Assembly: GCA_951406725.2 (NCBI GenBank)
Contig: OX597822.1
Location: forward strand, 99,138,001 to 99,202,000
Direction of reading: 5' to 3'
DNA: 64,000 nucleotides
Source: Octopus vulgaris
Taxonomy: Eukaryota
Positions 51,767 through 64,000 of this stretch are shown in pieces. Position 1 is the stretch's first letter; each line of letters starts with the position of its first letter. Below the pieces are notes generated by a model, which ran no database searches, was not told the DNA's origin, and was given only the letters and a program-made list of their open reading frames with translations. Both the position numbers and the translations under genes were made by a program.

Positions 51767-53952
51767 TTATATATATTTAAATAAGTGTTTTTTTTTTCAT
51801 CACTAAACTTAAGCTAACTCTACACAAAATCTCAAATATAATTTATATCAGAATATGATTTAAACTTTGGAATATTGCTCCTACCACTCATTATAATACT
51901 CAAACAACAATAAATTTTGCTTTGCTGAAGTTGGTGAAAATTCCATTTGCAGCACACCACCACACAAACCTGTTTAAACCTCCCTGTCACACAAATACAC
52001 AAAATTTTAATCTCTGGTGCCTATGCCAAACACTAAAACTCAGTCAAACCATCAGCCCTTCTTCTTAAAAAGCTGACACCTTTGGATTTTACCTCCTGCC
52101 TGATCATGTTTACTTTCAATGACTGACTTTGAAATACTTAATTTAAGCATTAACTACACTAACCCATCTTCCAAACAAAGACAGTTTTAAAATGATTTTG
52201 GACGACATCCTTTTCTTCAACTAAAAAAAATAATTTAAAGCATGATATAATGATATCAGAATATAGCTAAATCAAGTTATTTTCAAGGTATGTAAACCAC
52301 ATTATTCTGACAGACAACAGAGGTAAAAAAATATGCAACTATAATGTTGTTTTTTTTAAAAAGAGATATCTATTCAATATAAGATTCATATAAGGTTATA
52401 GCATAACAAACTGATCATGTGTTTATACACACATTAAAAAAAAATTCCTAATATCAATGTTTATTTTCTAAATGTTTAATGTGATAGAATACAAGCAGAA
52501 GTGTAAATAAACAAGTTTTCATTTTAATTGTTGCAGCTGCAAAACTAATATAAAGCTGACAGAGTCAGCACTGAAACCCTTTCACAGCATTGAAATCCTT
52601 ACAAAGTTGACAATAGAAACTGCTTCTACTGCAACACCTTTTAACATCAATTGCGTAATATTCTGACCAAAATAGCTCTGATTATTTATTGGAACATATA
52701 TACAGGTGTAATAGGTATGGCTTTCTGCTTAAGAAACTGCAGAGTAGTTTGGGTGAGGGTCATCTGACATAATACCATTTGATTAATAGTGGAATTTAAC
52801 AGAGAGATAGAAACCATGCATATGCCTTATATATATATATATCAGATACACAGACACCTAGATATCTGCATACACACACACACACACAAGCGCGCATACT
52901 TGTATATTATACACACACATTCATGCAAATGTACATCCATATAAAGTCAAGAAGTACAAAAGGTGAATATATTCATTTAACTACAGGATAATGAGCCCTT
53001 CACAGTCTTCTTCATGTAATAATAATTTCAGTGTATAATGAATCATGTTTACATGCTTGCACTAATATGCAGGATATGTATTGTACAATACATATTATAC
53101 ATCATCATCATCATCGTTTACCGTCCACTTTCCATGCTAGCATGGGTTGGACGGTTTTGACTGAGGGCTGGCGAACCAGATGGCTGCACCAGGCTCCAAT
53201 CTTGATCTGGCAGAGTTTCTACAGCTGGATGCCCTTCCTAACGCCAACCACTCCGAGAGTGTAGTGGGTGCTTTTTATGTGCCACCGGCATGGGGGCCAG
53301 TCAAGCGGTGCTGGCAACGAACTCACTCGAATCTTTTTACACATGCCACCGGCACAGGTGCCAGTAAGGCGACGCTGGTAACGATCATGCTCAAATGGTG
53401 CCTTTTATGTGCCACCGGCACAGAAGCCAGTTAGCCGCTCTGGCAACAATCATGCTCGGATGGTGCTCTTAGCACATGCAATACATGTATTGTAGAATCA
53501 TGATTTAACCCAGAGTAGAACCAGTGCAACCACGATATTCTGGTGATATATCTGATGACCCAGCTTTCATTATCTGCATTAATTTGTAAACATACAGTTG
53601 TAGTGTATAATGCATATTAGTGGAGACATGTAAGCATAATTCATTATACACTGAAATTATTATTACAAGAAGATGGGTCCTGTGGTTAAATGGATATATT
53701 CACCTTCCATACCTCCTGACATTTTATGGTTTATATATATGCCTCATGAAATAATTTCATTGATCAGATTACTTAGATTTCAGCTGCTTGGAACTCTGCA
53801 TTATACTCGTCTGTACTGGATTACTACGTGATCTGCTGGATGGGTCCACTGGAGGAGATTTCTGTGGTAGCCACACTATTCTATGAATCCATATATTACA
53901 CTACACACACACACACACATATATATATATCTCAACCATATACACACATTTT

Positions 53953-54648
53953 GCCGTGCGTGAGAAGACCCGGCAAGCCAAATGAGACCATAATCCCGTG
54001 GCCTCTGCCAGGGGCGTAACCAGCCCACTTATGTGTACCCTTTTCCTTCTTTGGACACTAAAACTCTGCTTGCGAAGACCTGTTGAAGCAAGTGAAATCA
54101 AAAATCAAAATCAAAATCGATGACTGGTGTCCGTGCTAGCAGGGTGCAAAGAGCACCATATGAGTGTGATCATTGACAGAGCGGCTAACTGGCTTCAGTG
54201 CCAGTGGCACTTAAAAGGCTCCATTCGAGTGTGATCATTACCAGCATCGCCTTACTGGCACTCGAGCCCCGTGCTAGTAGGGTATTAAGAGCATCATCTG
54301 AGCGTGATTGATGTCAGAGCGGCTATCTGGCCTCCGTGCCGGTGGCACGTAAAAGACACCATTCAAGCGTGATCGTTATCAGTATCGCCTTACTGGCACC
54401 TGTGCCAGTGGTATGTGTAAAAGATTTAAGCATGGTTGTTGCCAGTACCGCCTGACTGGCCCCGTGCTGGTGGCACGTAAAAAGCACCGACTACACTCTC
54501 AGAGTGGTTGGCATTAGGAAGGGCATCCAGCTGTAGAAACTCTGCCAGATCATGATTGAAGCCTGGTGCAGCCATCTGGTTCGCCAGCCCTCAGTCATTC
54601 GTCCAACCCATGCTAGCATGGAAAGCGGACATTAAAAGATGATGATGA
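53953..54648 (+). mobile_element. RTE-type LINE 3' end with ~60-bp tandem units and a (GAT)n tail; truncated copies 3563-3652, 27990-28376, 31690-31964, 33500-33730, 34060-34400 (-), 34752-34886, 34890-35080 (-), 39850-40052 (-), 41073-41283, 53099-53470 (-), 54728-54987, 56888-57211, 59363-59550 (-), 59800-60070
   Basis: Putative ORF end AVREKTRQAK*, repeated GTGCCGGTGGCACGTAAAAAGCACC units, GGAAGGGCATCCAGCTGTAGAAAC, tail AACCCATGCTAGCATGGAAAGCGGACGTTAAACGATGATG, and variable 5' truncation. The clade assignment is inferred. Confidence 0.75.
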
Positions 54649-56597
54649 TATATATATATAAACTAATTATGCTGTATAATTAACTGTAATATGCAGATGT
54701 ACCAATCTCAGTATTCATCATAAATGTCTTGGCACCTGTGTCGGTGTCACGTAAAAAACATCATCCGAGCGTGGCTCTTCGCCAGCCTCGTCTGGCACCT
54801 GTGTCGGTGGCACATAAAAAGCACACACTACACTCACAGAGTGGTTGGCGTTAGGAAGGGCATCCAGCTGTAGAAACACTGCCAGATCTGACTGGCCTGG
54901 TGCAGCCTTCGGGCTTCCCAGACCCCAGTTGAACCGTCCAACCCATGCTAGCATGAAAAGCGGACGTTAAACGATGATGATGATGATGTATAATATGGAC
55001 ATTCTACAAGATTATTCAAAGAAATCTTTCATCTTAAAGACAATGTTTTGTAACTAATTCAATTTGTTTATCTTTTAAATAGTCAGTTGTTATGTTGCTT
55101 TAGGTGTTCCATTTTTTAGTTTAACCTTGTATGTACTTTAGATTATTGGAATGGTATAAAAGGAAAGTTGTTCCTGAATTTCTTTGATAGTATTTTTAGA
55201 GTTTATTTGTTTTAAATTCTTTTATACATTCTTTTAAACTTTGCTAATTTTGTCTTACGCTTAATGATTTGTAAAATCTTATGCGCATCACGTATATATA
55301 TATATACATACACAAACACACAAATATATACACACACCTAAGTACATCTACATACATATAAATATATATACATACATACAAACACATATACATACAAATA
55401 CATATACATACATATGCACACACACCCATGTGTGTATGCATATGTATACACACGCAAATATCTGTATGTGCGCACATTAGGCATGTGTATATTTTTCATT
55501 GATATATATCAGTGAAAGATATAAACATATAAACACCAAAAGAAACGTGGAAAGCTGGCGGTTTAGTAACTAAGTTCCCTCTGTTATTAATACTCTTTTG
55601 TTACTCTCACTAGTTCACTGCTGTCAGGAATATGTACAGTAAACCAGTGATAGGCCTATTGGAAACCTATAAACCAAGAATGCTATTGTTCACAGTTTGA
55701 GATACATAAATAAAATACACATCTGTGCTTTTAACTACGGCCAAAAATATCTGCCTCCATGTATGCAATAAGAAGTGACATTTAGATAGCATATGTAAAT
55801 AGAAGCAATAAATACAGACATTGATTTGGACAGAAAAAAAAAGTAAGTTATCTTCTGACTTGGAATTAATTCAAAAAAGTTCAACACAGCAAATTTAAGT
55901 CATTGGTAGAAGTATTGATACAAACTGGTTAAACAATTGCCAGTCATTTGAGAGTATGTCAAATCATAGTTTGTAGTTCAAATTAATTTTTTTTGTTCCC
56001 GTTCTCTTCCATCGGGACACTTTTAACTCTTTTGATACCAACCTACTTGAGACCAATGTGCCTGATTCTATGGGACCAACTTTCTGCTTAAGTGTTTTAA
56101 ATTACAACCTTCCTTCAAAATTCTGTGTTAATCACCGACTTAATAAATGACCTCATTATTTTATCAAATTTTTAATTGTTTTCAAAATTAATTGATACAA
56201 AGCAGTATATTTTTTTTAAAAATGGTAATTAGGTTCACTAATGATTCAATGCTTTTAATATACTGCTTTGTTTCAATTAATTTTGAAAACAATTAAAAAT
56301 TTGATAAAACAGTGAGGTCATTTATTAAGTTGGTGTTTGGAACATAAATTAACACAGAATTTTGAAGGAAGGTTGTAATTTAAAACACTTACAGGCAGAA
56401 AGTTTGTTTCATAGAATCAGGCACATTGGTCTCATGATAGATCGCTAGCCACTACACATTTTTTATTTTCTCTCCTTGTTTCTTTCTGTGGAAGAACATA
56501 GGCTCGAAATGTTAAAGACTTTTTCACTTCCTGAGCCTTATACTAATACATCTGTTTGTTGTCTACACCATCTGTCTTTGTCTTTTGTGAATTCTCC

Positions 56598-56647
<50 letters not shown>

Positions 56648-56842
56648 TTTACTACCCACAAGGGGCTAAACACAGAGGGAACAAACAAGGACAGACAAAG
56701 GGACTAAGTCGATTACATTGACCCCAGTGCGTAACTGGTACTTAATTTATCGACCCCGAAAGGATGAAAGGCGAAGTCGACCTCGGCGGAATTATGAACT
56801 CGGAACGTAATGACAGATGGAATACGGCTAAGTATTTCATAA

Positions 56843-56884
<42 letters not shown>

Positions 56885-57217
56885 CCTATGCTGGTGGCAT
56901 GTAATAAGCACCATTTGAGCATGGGTTGATGCTAGTGCCACCTGACTGGCTTCCCATGCCAGTGGCACATAAAAAGCATCATCCGAATATAGTCGATGCC
57001 AGTGCCTCCTGACTGGCTCCCATGCCAGTGGCATGTAAAAAGCACCCACTACACTGTTGGAGTGGTTGGCATTAGGAAAGGCATCCAACTGTAGAAACCT
57101 TACCAGATCAGATTGGAGCCTGGTGCAGCCTACTGGCTTGCCAGTCCTCAGTCAAATCGTCTAACCCATGCCAGTATGGAAAACGAATGTTAGATGACGA
57201 TGATGATGATGATATAT

Positions 57218-57278
<61 letters not shown>

Positions 57279-57288
57279 CATACATACA

Positions 57289-57324
<36 letters not shown>

Positions 57325-57340
57325 CACACACACACATACA

Positions 57341-57376
<36 letters not shown>

Positions 57377-57409
57377 TATGTATATATATGCAAAATTTAG
57401 GTTAGTTAA

Positions 57410-58493
57410 CCCTTTCGTTAACAAACCGCCTGAAACCGGCCAAAAAAAATTTTGGTTAATGTGACCAAGAGCCCAAAACCGTCCAAATTTACCTATTCAT
57501 ATTTAAATGAGAATATCAGAGCAAATCTCTTTAGTACATTCGTGAAAATACGTATTATACTTCGTAAAGAGTTCAACTACAGTTTTGAACAATAATTGAA
57601 GTGTAATCTTAATTCCGTGAATTTTGGGAGATTTTTTTCCGAAATTTGTTCCTATTGTGTTTTCAAAATTTGTAATTCTGACAAAAAAATGGATACTAAT
57701 TTCATTATATCAAGCAGCGAGTCAGAATTCGAAGGATTTTCTACTGAAGACCTTCATAAATCTAACTCTATGACTGAAAAAAAAAAGCATGTGATATTTG
57801 ATAATGAATCTGATGTTTCATTTTCTGAAAGTGAAAACAGTGAATCTGAGATCTCCGACAGCGATAAAGAAAATGAATTGGCACCTGAATGGAGTGAAAA
57901 TTTAAAAACTTTCTTTCGGTGATTTTTCTGAAGAAACTGGACCAAGCCACAGACTTTCCCAGAAGAGTAAAGCCTTAGACTATTTCTTTTTACTTTTTCG
58001 AATGAGCCTATTTGAAATCATTACGGCGGAAACGAACGGTTACGCTAAATGTAAACAAAACGAAAGAAAGGATAATTAGTGGTTTTCCATAACCTTAAAT
58101 GAGATTAAGACTATTTTGCCATAAATATTATTATGGATATCAGAAAGTTACCCAGAATAACAAATTCTATCGTAAAATTTTGTTGTATACCCAATTGAAT
58201 ATTAGCTAATAACCCATTTTCTATAGCGATGTTTGAACAAAATTTTAATAATTTTATATTTTGTTGAATTTACCTGTATCTACCTGCAATTAGAGTCACT
58301 TTGTGACAAAAATTATAGTATAGAATTGGTTGAGAACATTTCATTAAATTATCTTCCAAAATTCACGTTAATATATTGATAAATAAAAAAGTTATAGTTG
58401 TTTAATGAAACCAGACTAAATTTATGATTACGTTAGAAATTAATTGAAACACATAAGGGGTGTATTTTGGTCAGAAATATAGTAACGAAAGGG
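57410..58493 (+). mobile_element. Internally deleted piggyBac element with PGBD-type transposase N-terminal remnant
   Basis: TTAA|CCCTTTCGTTA ... TAACGAAAGGG|TTAA; acidic N-terminus followed by ALDYFFLLF..SLFEIITAETNGYA...W..ITLNEIK..IRKLPRI. Confidence 0.9.
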
Positions 58494-58961
58494 TTAAAAT
58501 ATGTTTGTGACATATTCACTACAGTTACTGTGGAGAAAATATCCCTCTTATGGTAAAAAGGTGTGAAAACACTTGGTTTGTTCCGTGTCACCATCTATCA
58601 GGAACCCTAAACATTGATGAGCTGAGATTTTGACTCTTGAATATAGATATGTGTGTGTGTGTGTGTGTGTGTGTATAAGTCACTTTGAAAAGAAGCCCAT
58701 CCAATGTCAATACACAAACACACTCATGCATATTAATGGATTTTTTACGTAAAGCTATATATAAAGCAGCCAAATGTTAAACTGAAAGATCACTCTATAT
58801 ATTTTCAGTAGAGTAGCATAGTTATTTATTTATTTTACAAGGAAAGGTTGACAGTGATTTTCAAGTTTCGGCTTACTTACTGTCATTACATAGTTGAAGA
58901 TGCTATTAATATTTTCCTTGTGCATCTAAATACATACGTAGCTATATATGTATGCATATGT

Positions 58962-59011
<50 letters not shown>

Positions 59012-59015
59012 TATA

Positions 59016-59232
59016 CTTTATTTAAAAGCAGCAGAAATTCAACAAAACCTGTTACTCGGAGTTTCACATTCCCGTTCGTTGGACAAACAAAACTGTCCGA
59101 CGAATGGGAACGTGAAACTCCGAGTAACAGGTTTTGCTGAATTTCTGCTGCTTTTAAATAAAGCATATTACTCTACCCCTGGTATTTGAGTACTCTTTTT
59201 CCACCTTGTTTCACATTTATGTGTTTACTCCG
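59016..59232 (+). mobile_element. Short Penelope-like terminal fragment with inverted partial copy, between (TA)n tracts
   Basis: Arm 59016-59085 is the reverse complement of 59094-59163; it contains the hammerhead-like core and is flanked by TA repeats. Confidence 0.55.
59093..59130 (+). ncRNA. Type I hammerhead-like motif with CCGACGA core
   Basis: CTGT-CCGACGA-ATG(GGAA)CGT-GAA-ACTC-C-GAGT-A-ACAG, with an inverted copy at ~59048-59085. Confidence 0.6.
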
Positions 59233-59233
59233 G

Positions 59234-59269
<36 letters not shown>

Positions 59270-59284
59270 TGTACAGCTATATCA

Positions 59285-59316
<32 letters not shown>

Positions 59317-60841
59317 ATATAAACACAAACACAACATTTATACATTCATACACACACACACACATCATCATCATCACTTAACATCTGTTTTTCATGCTGG
59401 CATGTATTGGGCGGATTGATAGGAGCAGCTAAGGAAGAGCAAACTCTACCTGCCTGTTTTGGCATGGTTTCTACAGCTGGATGCTCATCCTAATGCCAAC
59501 CACTTTACAGAGGGTATTGAATGCTTTTTATGTGGCATTGGCACCAGTGCTTTTCACATGGCATCAGCGCCAAGCAATATGCAAGACAAAAATGATTGGC
59601 TGGGAATGGGGGAATAGCATTGTGGCAGGTGTCTTCCTGTAGAGTGGATACACAGATAGATAGAACAAGTTAGAGAGTAAGATAAGGAGAGCAGGTGAGT
59701 GAGAGAGTAAGATAGAGTGAGCAATAGTGAAAGAGATGGAGGTAAAGGTGTGCTGGGACATATCCATGAAATATAGGAAAGACATGAGAGTGGGGGTTTT
59801 GGTAAAAAGCACCATTCGAGCATGGTCATTGCCAGTGCCACCTGACTGGCTCCTGTGCCGATGGGACGTGAAAAGCACCATTTTAGCATAGTCGATGTCA
59901 GTGCCACCTGACTGGCTCCTGTGCTAGTGACACGTAAAAAGTACCCTCTACACTCTCAGTGGTTGGCTTTAGGAAGGGCATTCAGCTGTAGAAACCTTGC
60001 CAGTCCTCAGTTAAACCATTCAACCCATGCCAGCATGGAAAGCGGATGTTAAACGACAATGATGATGATGATATATATGTGTGTGTGTGAGTATACATAC
60101 ATAGTCAGATATATATATATATATATATATACACATATGTAATTATGTATGCATGGGTGTTTGTGTCTTCTTGCCTTGACATTCTATAGTAATTGTAAAA
60201 GTTGTCACTCTCATAGAAGCAGTGTTTGCTAAAAACATGTCCAGCCATTGTATTTATATTTGAAGGTTTGGGGGGAAAATAGTAACTAGCTTGGAAACCG
60301 GAAGGGCATCCGGCCAGAGAAAATCTCCTGCAATGAATTTCATCTGACCCATGCAAGCATGGAAAAGTAGATGTTGAAATGATGATGTCGATAATGATGA
60401 CAACTTTTATCTACTTATTCTACTTATTTCCAAGATAATTAATATCTGCATAATTTTTAATCCAAAAAGAAACTGTCTCCTCAAAAAACAATTAATCAAT
60501 ACTAAACCAATAGTCAAAAAAATTATCAAATAGCATGTTTCTGAAAAGTGATCATTAATTGAGAACAATTCAGAACTACCACTTATAACTTCTAACATAC
60601 TGTTGTTTCACTCATCTAATCAAAGTTCAGGAGAAGAGTAAAAAAAAAAAAAAACAACACTTCTCTGTATAATAAAGTGTGGTACTTGATTTTAAAGCAT
60701 TATGTATTTGATGTAGCTTTGAAACTATTAGTAGTAAGTTTTAGAATTCATTAAGAAAAAATAATCTAACTAAAACTGAGATAATGTAAGCTGAGCAAGA
60801 GAAAATTTTAAAAATAGGTTTAAAAAATTTTGCTAACTTAC

Positions 60842-61016
60842 GATCTATTTCTTCAGCAAACAATTCCCCATAGATCATCCAGTATGGATAAAAGAAGACA
60901 TTGCGTGCAATGTGCCAGGAAGGATCTTCATGTTGATAGTGTACAGCTTGTCGCACTATTCCAAAACTGATTAAAACTATGAATAAGATGATGATGAAAT
61001 ATGACATATCTCTCAG
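60842..61016 (-). CDS. TRPM: TRPM-like channel exon (S5, pore helix, selectivity filter)
   Basis: Acceptor tttcag|CTG and donor GATC|gtaagt; 175 nt, phase 0-1. LRDMSYFIIILFIVLISFGIVRQAVHYQHEDPSWHIARNVFFYPYWMIYGELFAEEID matches the TRPM PYWMIYGE pore signature. Confidence 0.95.
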
Positions 61017-62172
61017 CTGAAATAGAAACGAAAATAAATATATTAATAAATTAGATTTCATATTCTGTAATTATTATTATTATTATTATTATTATTTTTT
61101 TTTTTTTTTTTTTTAGAAAATCAGTGACAAAAATTATTCAAGTTCTATACTTATAGTTTTTCCTAAAAAAAAAAAAAAAAATCTATTCCATGTTTTGCTA
61201 GAATTGAAAGCTGCCTGCAAAAATTCTAGTATTTACCTGTTCTGAAAAGTCTTATGCAACTGAATGTATTCTATGGCTCAAATCACCAAAATCATAGCAG
61301 AACGCTAACAATTGTCTCTGATGACCAACACTAAATATCAAGTAGAATACTGTGGTGCCTGGTTGTAGAACAATATAATAACCATGACAAAAACTTCGAA
61401 TCTGCTGAGACTAAAATCTTCAACCACATAACATTTAGTTGGGTTTCACAATATGAATAAAATAAATTATTCCATATGTTGTGTGAAAAATAATCCAAAT
61501 GCTAGTCAATAGACCTAGACAAAACTATTGCTAAAATGTCTGAAAAAAAAAATCCTTTTTGTAGAAGCAGTTTTGAAATGTAAATGTGCATAGAAAATAC
61601 TCCAAAATCAATTCACTTTGTTACCAAAACAAATGTTTTGTTAAAAAAAGTTTTCTCTTTATTGATTGATTGCTTTCTTTCAACTAAGCCAATTTTTGTA
61701 GTTGATTGAATGAACTTCAGTGAAATTTGAACACAGAATACAGAAGAGCGGATTAAGCTTAAAATTCACATCATAAAGTAACAGTGAAAGACAGTTTTGT
61801 AATTTCAATCTATTTTTTTTCTTTGCATAATTTAACAATTTCTCAGTAACTCTTTTGATACCAGCCCACCTGTAACTGTTCTATGATACAAACTTCAGCT
61901 TAATAATGACAAAGTAATTTTATTAAATTCTTCAAAATTAATTGAAACAAAACGCAGTGTATTTCAAAAGAAATATGGTAACTAAAGGGTTAAAGTAATC
62001 TAAGTTAACACCTTCCATCAAAATTCCCTGTTAATTTATGTTCTAAACAACAACTTACTAATGACAAAGTAATTTTATTAAATTCTTCATTTTCAAAATT
62101 AATTAAAACAAAATGCAGAAATCTGGTAAACAAAAATGTTAAAGTTATACTAATTTTGTTACAGATACTTAC

Positions 62173-62421
62173 CAGCTTGCAAATGATCTTCAAATATGGC
62201 CCAAGGTATTTATTAACACTGAGCACTTCAAGAATACGAATGTACCACAAAACAACATCTACGATATAAACAAGACGAGAGGCTTGTAAAGTGTCTTTGT
62301 TGAAACGCAAACACACTCCTAATGAAAAAAACAAGATGGCGCATGTGTCCCAGATATTCCAGATGTTTGCCAAATAAACTCTCAGCTTCATTAACAGTTG
62401 AACAGGTTCAGCAGCAATAAC
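62173..62421 (-). CDS. TRPM: TRPM1/3-like cation channel, internal exon (end of S2, S3, S4, S4-S5 linker)
   Basis: Acceptor ttctag|GTT and donor CTG|gtaagt; 249 nt, phase 0-0. Translates VIAAEPVQLLMKLRVYLANIWNIWDTCAILFF...WYIRILEVLSVNKYLGPYLKIICKL, with the TRPM WNxxD and NKYLGPY motifs. Confidence 0.95.
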
Positions 62422-64000
62422 CTAGAATAAACAGATGAAAATTGACCGATTGTTACTGAAAGAATAAACATGGAATTGTCCAATATGTCTCTGTTTTAAT
62501 GTTATTTTCTATAATGAAAACATGACAAAATGTCGAATAACAAACATTTTCTTTTGTTATAAACTAACTACAGAAATACATACATTATTCAACTGAGAAT
62601 TACTACACAAGAGATAGGAACAAATATTGGTTTGCACTCCCATTTAATAAGGTTATGAGACATCCATCAAAACAGTATATAAATCAACAATTTTGATGCC
62701 AGAAAAATATACGATTGTCTTTCAATTTACACGGTACTTAGCTTGTTTGGATCAATGTTTTATTTTCTTTAATTTAACATGTACAAGGTACAAGCAAGGC
62801 TGTATGGTTAAGAAGTTTGCCTCACAACCACATGGTTTTGTGTTCAGTCCCACTGTATGGCAAGTGTCTTCTATTATAGCCCTGGACTGAGTGAATATGA
62901 TAGACTGAAACTGAAAGAAGCTTACTGTGTGTATGTGTGTATTTACATATATGTGTGTGTTAATGTCTCCTTGTCTTGACACCATGTTATAGTTATAAAT
63001 GACTGTCACTGTCATATAAGCGACATCCTTCATTTTCAGTCTTCCACAAAACCATATCTGGCCATAAGGAAATATTTTGCTTGAAAACAGGTGAGGGTGG
63101 GTCATCAACTCTCTACAAATTCCACCCAAACCATGTGAACTTGGATAAGTGGATGTTTAAAAAATAGATGATGATGATGAAAATTATCACTTCAACATTC
63201 CCATTTTGCTCTTTCCATTAGCTTACATTTTACTTTCACTTCACTTCTTCAGTAGTGAGGGAGACCGCACTCTAAACTAATGTTTAACCCTTTCGTTACC
63301 ATATTTATTTTGAGATTCTCTGTGTTTCTTTCAATTACTTTTAAATCTAACAAAGGATTTAATAAAATAACTTAGTTTTCATTAAGCTAGTGTTAGGAAC
63401 ATAAATTGTGACTAAGATTTGGTGGAAGATTTTAATTCAAAACTTATGAAAACAAGACGTTTGTACTCAGAGCCAGTTTCAGCTGGGTTGTTAGTGAAAA
63501 GGTTAAGCTGGAACTTAAACAAAAATTTTTTTTATAAATATTTTAACCCTTTTGTTACCAAACCGGCTCTGGCTCTGAGTACAAATGTCTTGTTTTCATA
63601 AGTTTTGAATTAAAATCTTCCACCAAATCTTAGTCACAATTTATGTTCCTAACACTGGCTTAATGATAACCAAGTAATTTTTCTAAATTCTTTGTTATAT
63701 TTAAAGTAATTCAAAGAAACAGAGCATCTCAAAATAAATACGGTAACGAAAAGGTTATAGTATTTTATGACTGAATAATAAAGTTTTGAATGTCAAAGAA
63801 GTCAATTTTTGTAGAAATGATAATACATTCCATCAATTTCAAAATGGAAAGGGTTCAAAAGAAACTACAAAACCAGTTTAATATAAATGAATTGTTAGCA
63901 TAAGATAAAAAAAAAAAAAAATCAGTGCCAGTAGAATAACTGCTTCATCAATAACTTCCCATTATGGAAACAATAGGAAAAAGTATTATTTTGGATAGTA

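Noticed and set aside
57108-57424. ORFs rich in YI/CV/HT dipeptides (also at 6568, 9345, 15032, 15679, 55244)
   Set aside because: These are translations of stop-free microsatellites.

Overview
AT-rich, repeat-dense animal genomic DNA. The tRNA-derived SINE families and abundant (TA)n/(TAGA)n/(CA)n microsatellites suggest an octopod cephalopod (inference). The only host gene is the 3' part of a TRPM1/3-like cation channel on the minus strand. It has six coding exons (62173-62421, 60842-61016, 49346-49463, 47279-47469, 41518-41650, 37340-38825) that join in frame with GT-AG junctions and encode S2-S6, the pore, the TRP box, a coiled coil and a long disordered tail with no kinase or NUDT9-H domain. 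The rest is transposon debris: several SINEs, RTE- and CR1-type LINE 3' ends, Helitron and Helentron-type elements, piggyBac, mariner, Tigger and Merlin remnants, LTR-like fragments, and a 1.8 kb degenerate ~40-bp minisatellite. The most interesting signal is a set of short elements beside (TA)n tracts that fold into minimal type I hammerhead ribozymes with non-canonical cores. These are a five-copy A6U+insertion family, a G3-C8 swapped core and a U4C core, often with local inverted duplications. This fits Penelope-like or retrozyme-type mobile ribozyme modules. All folds were read by eye and are untested.
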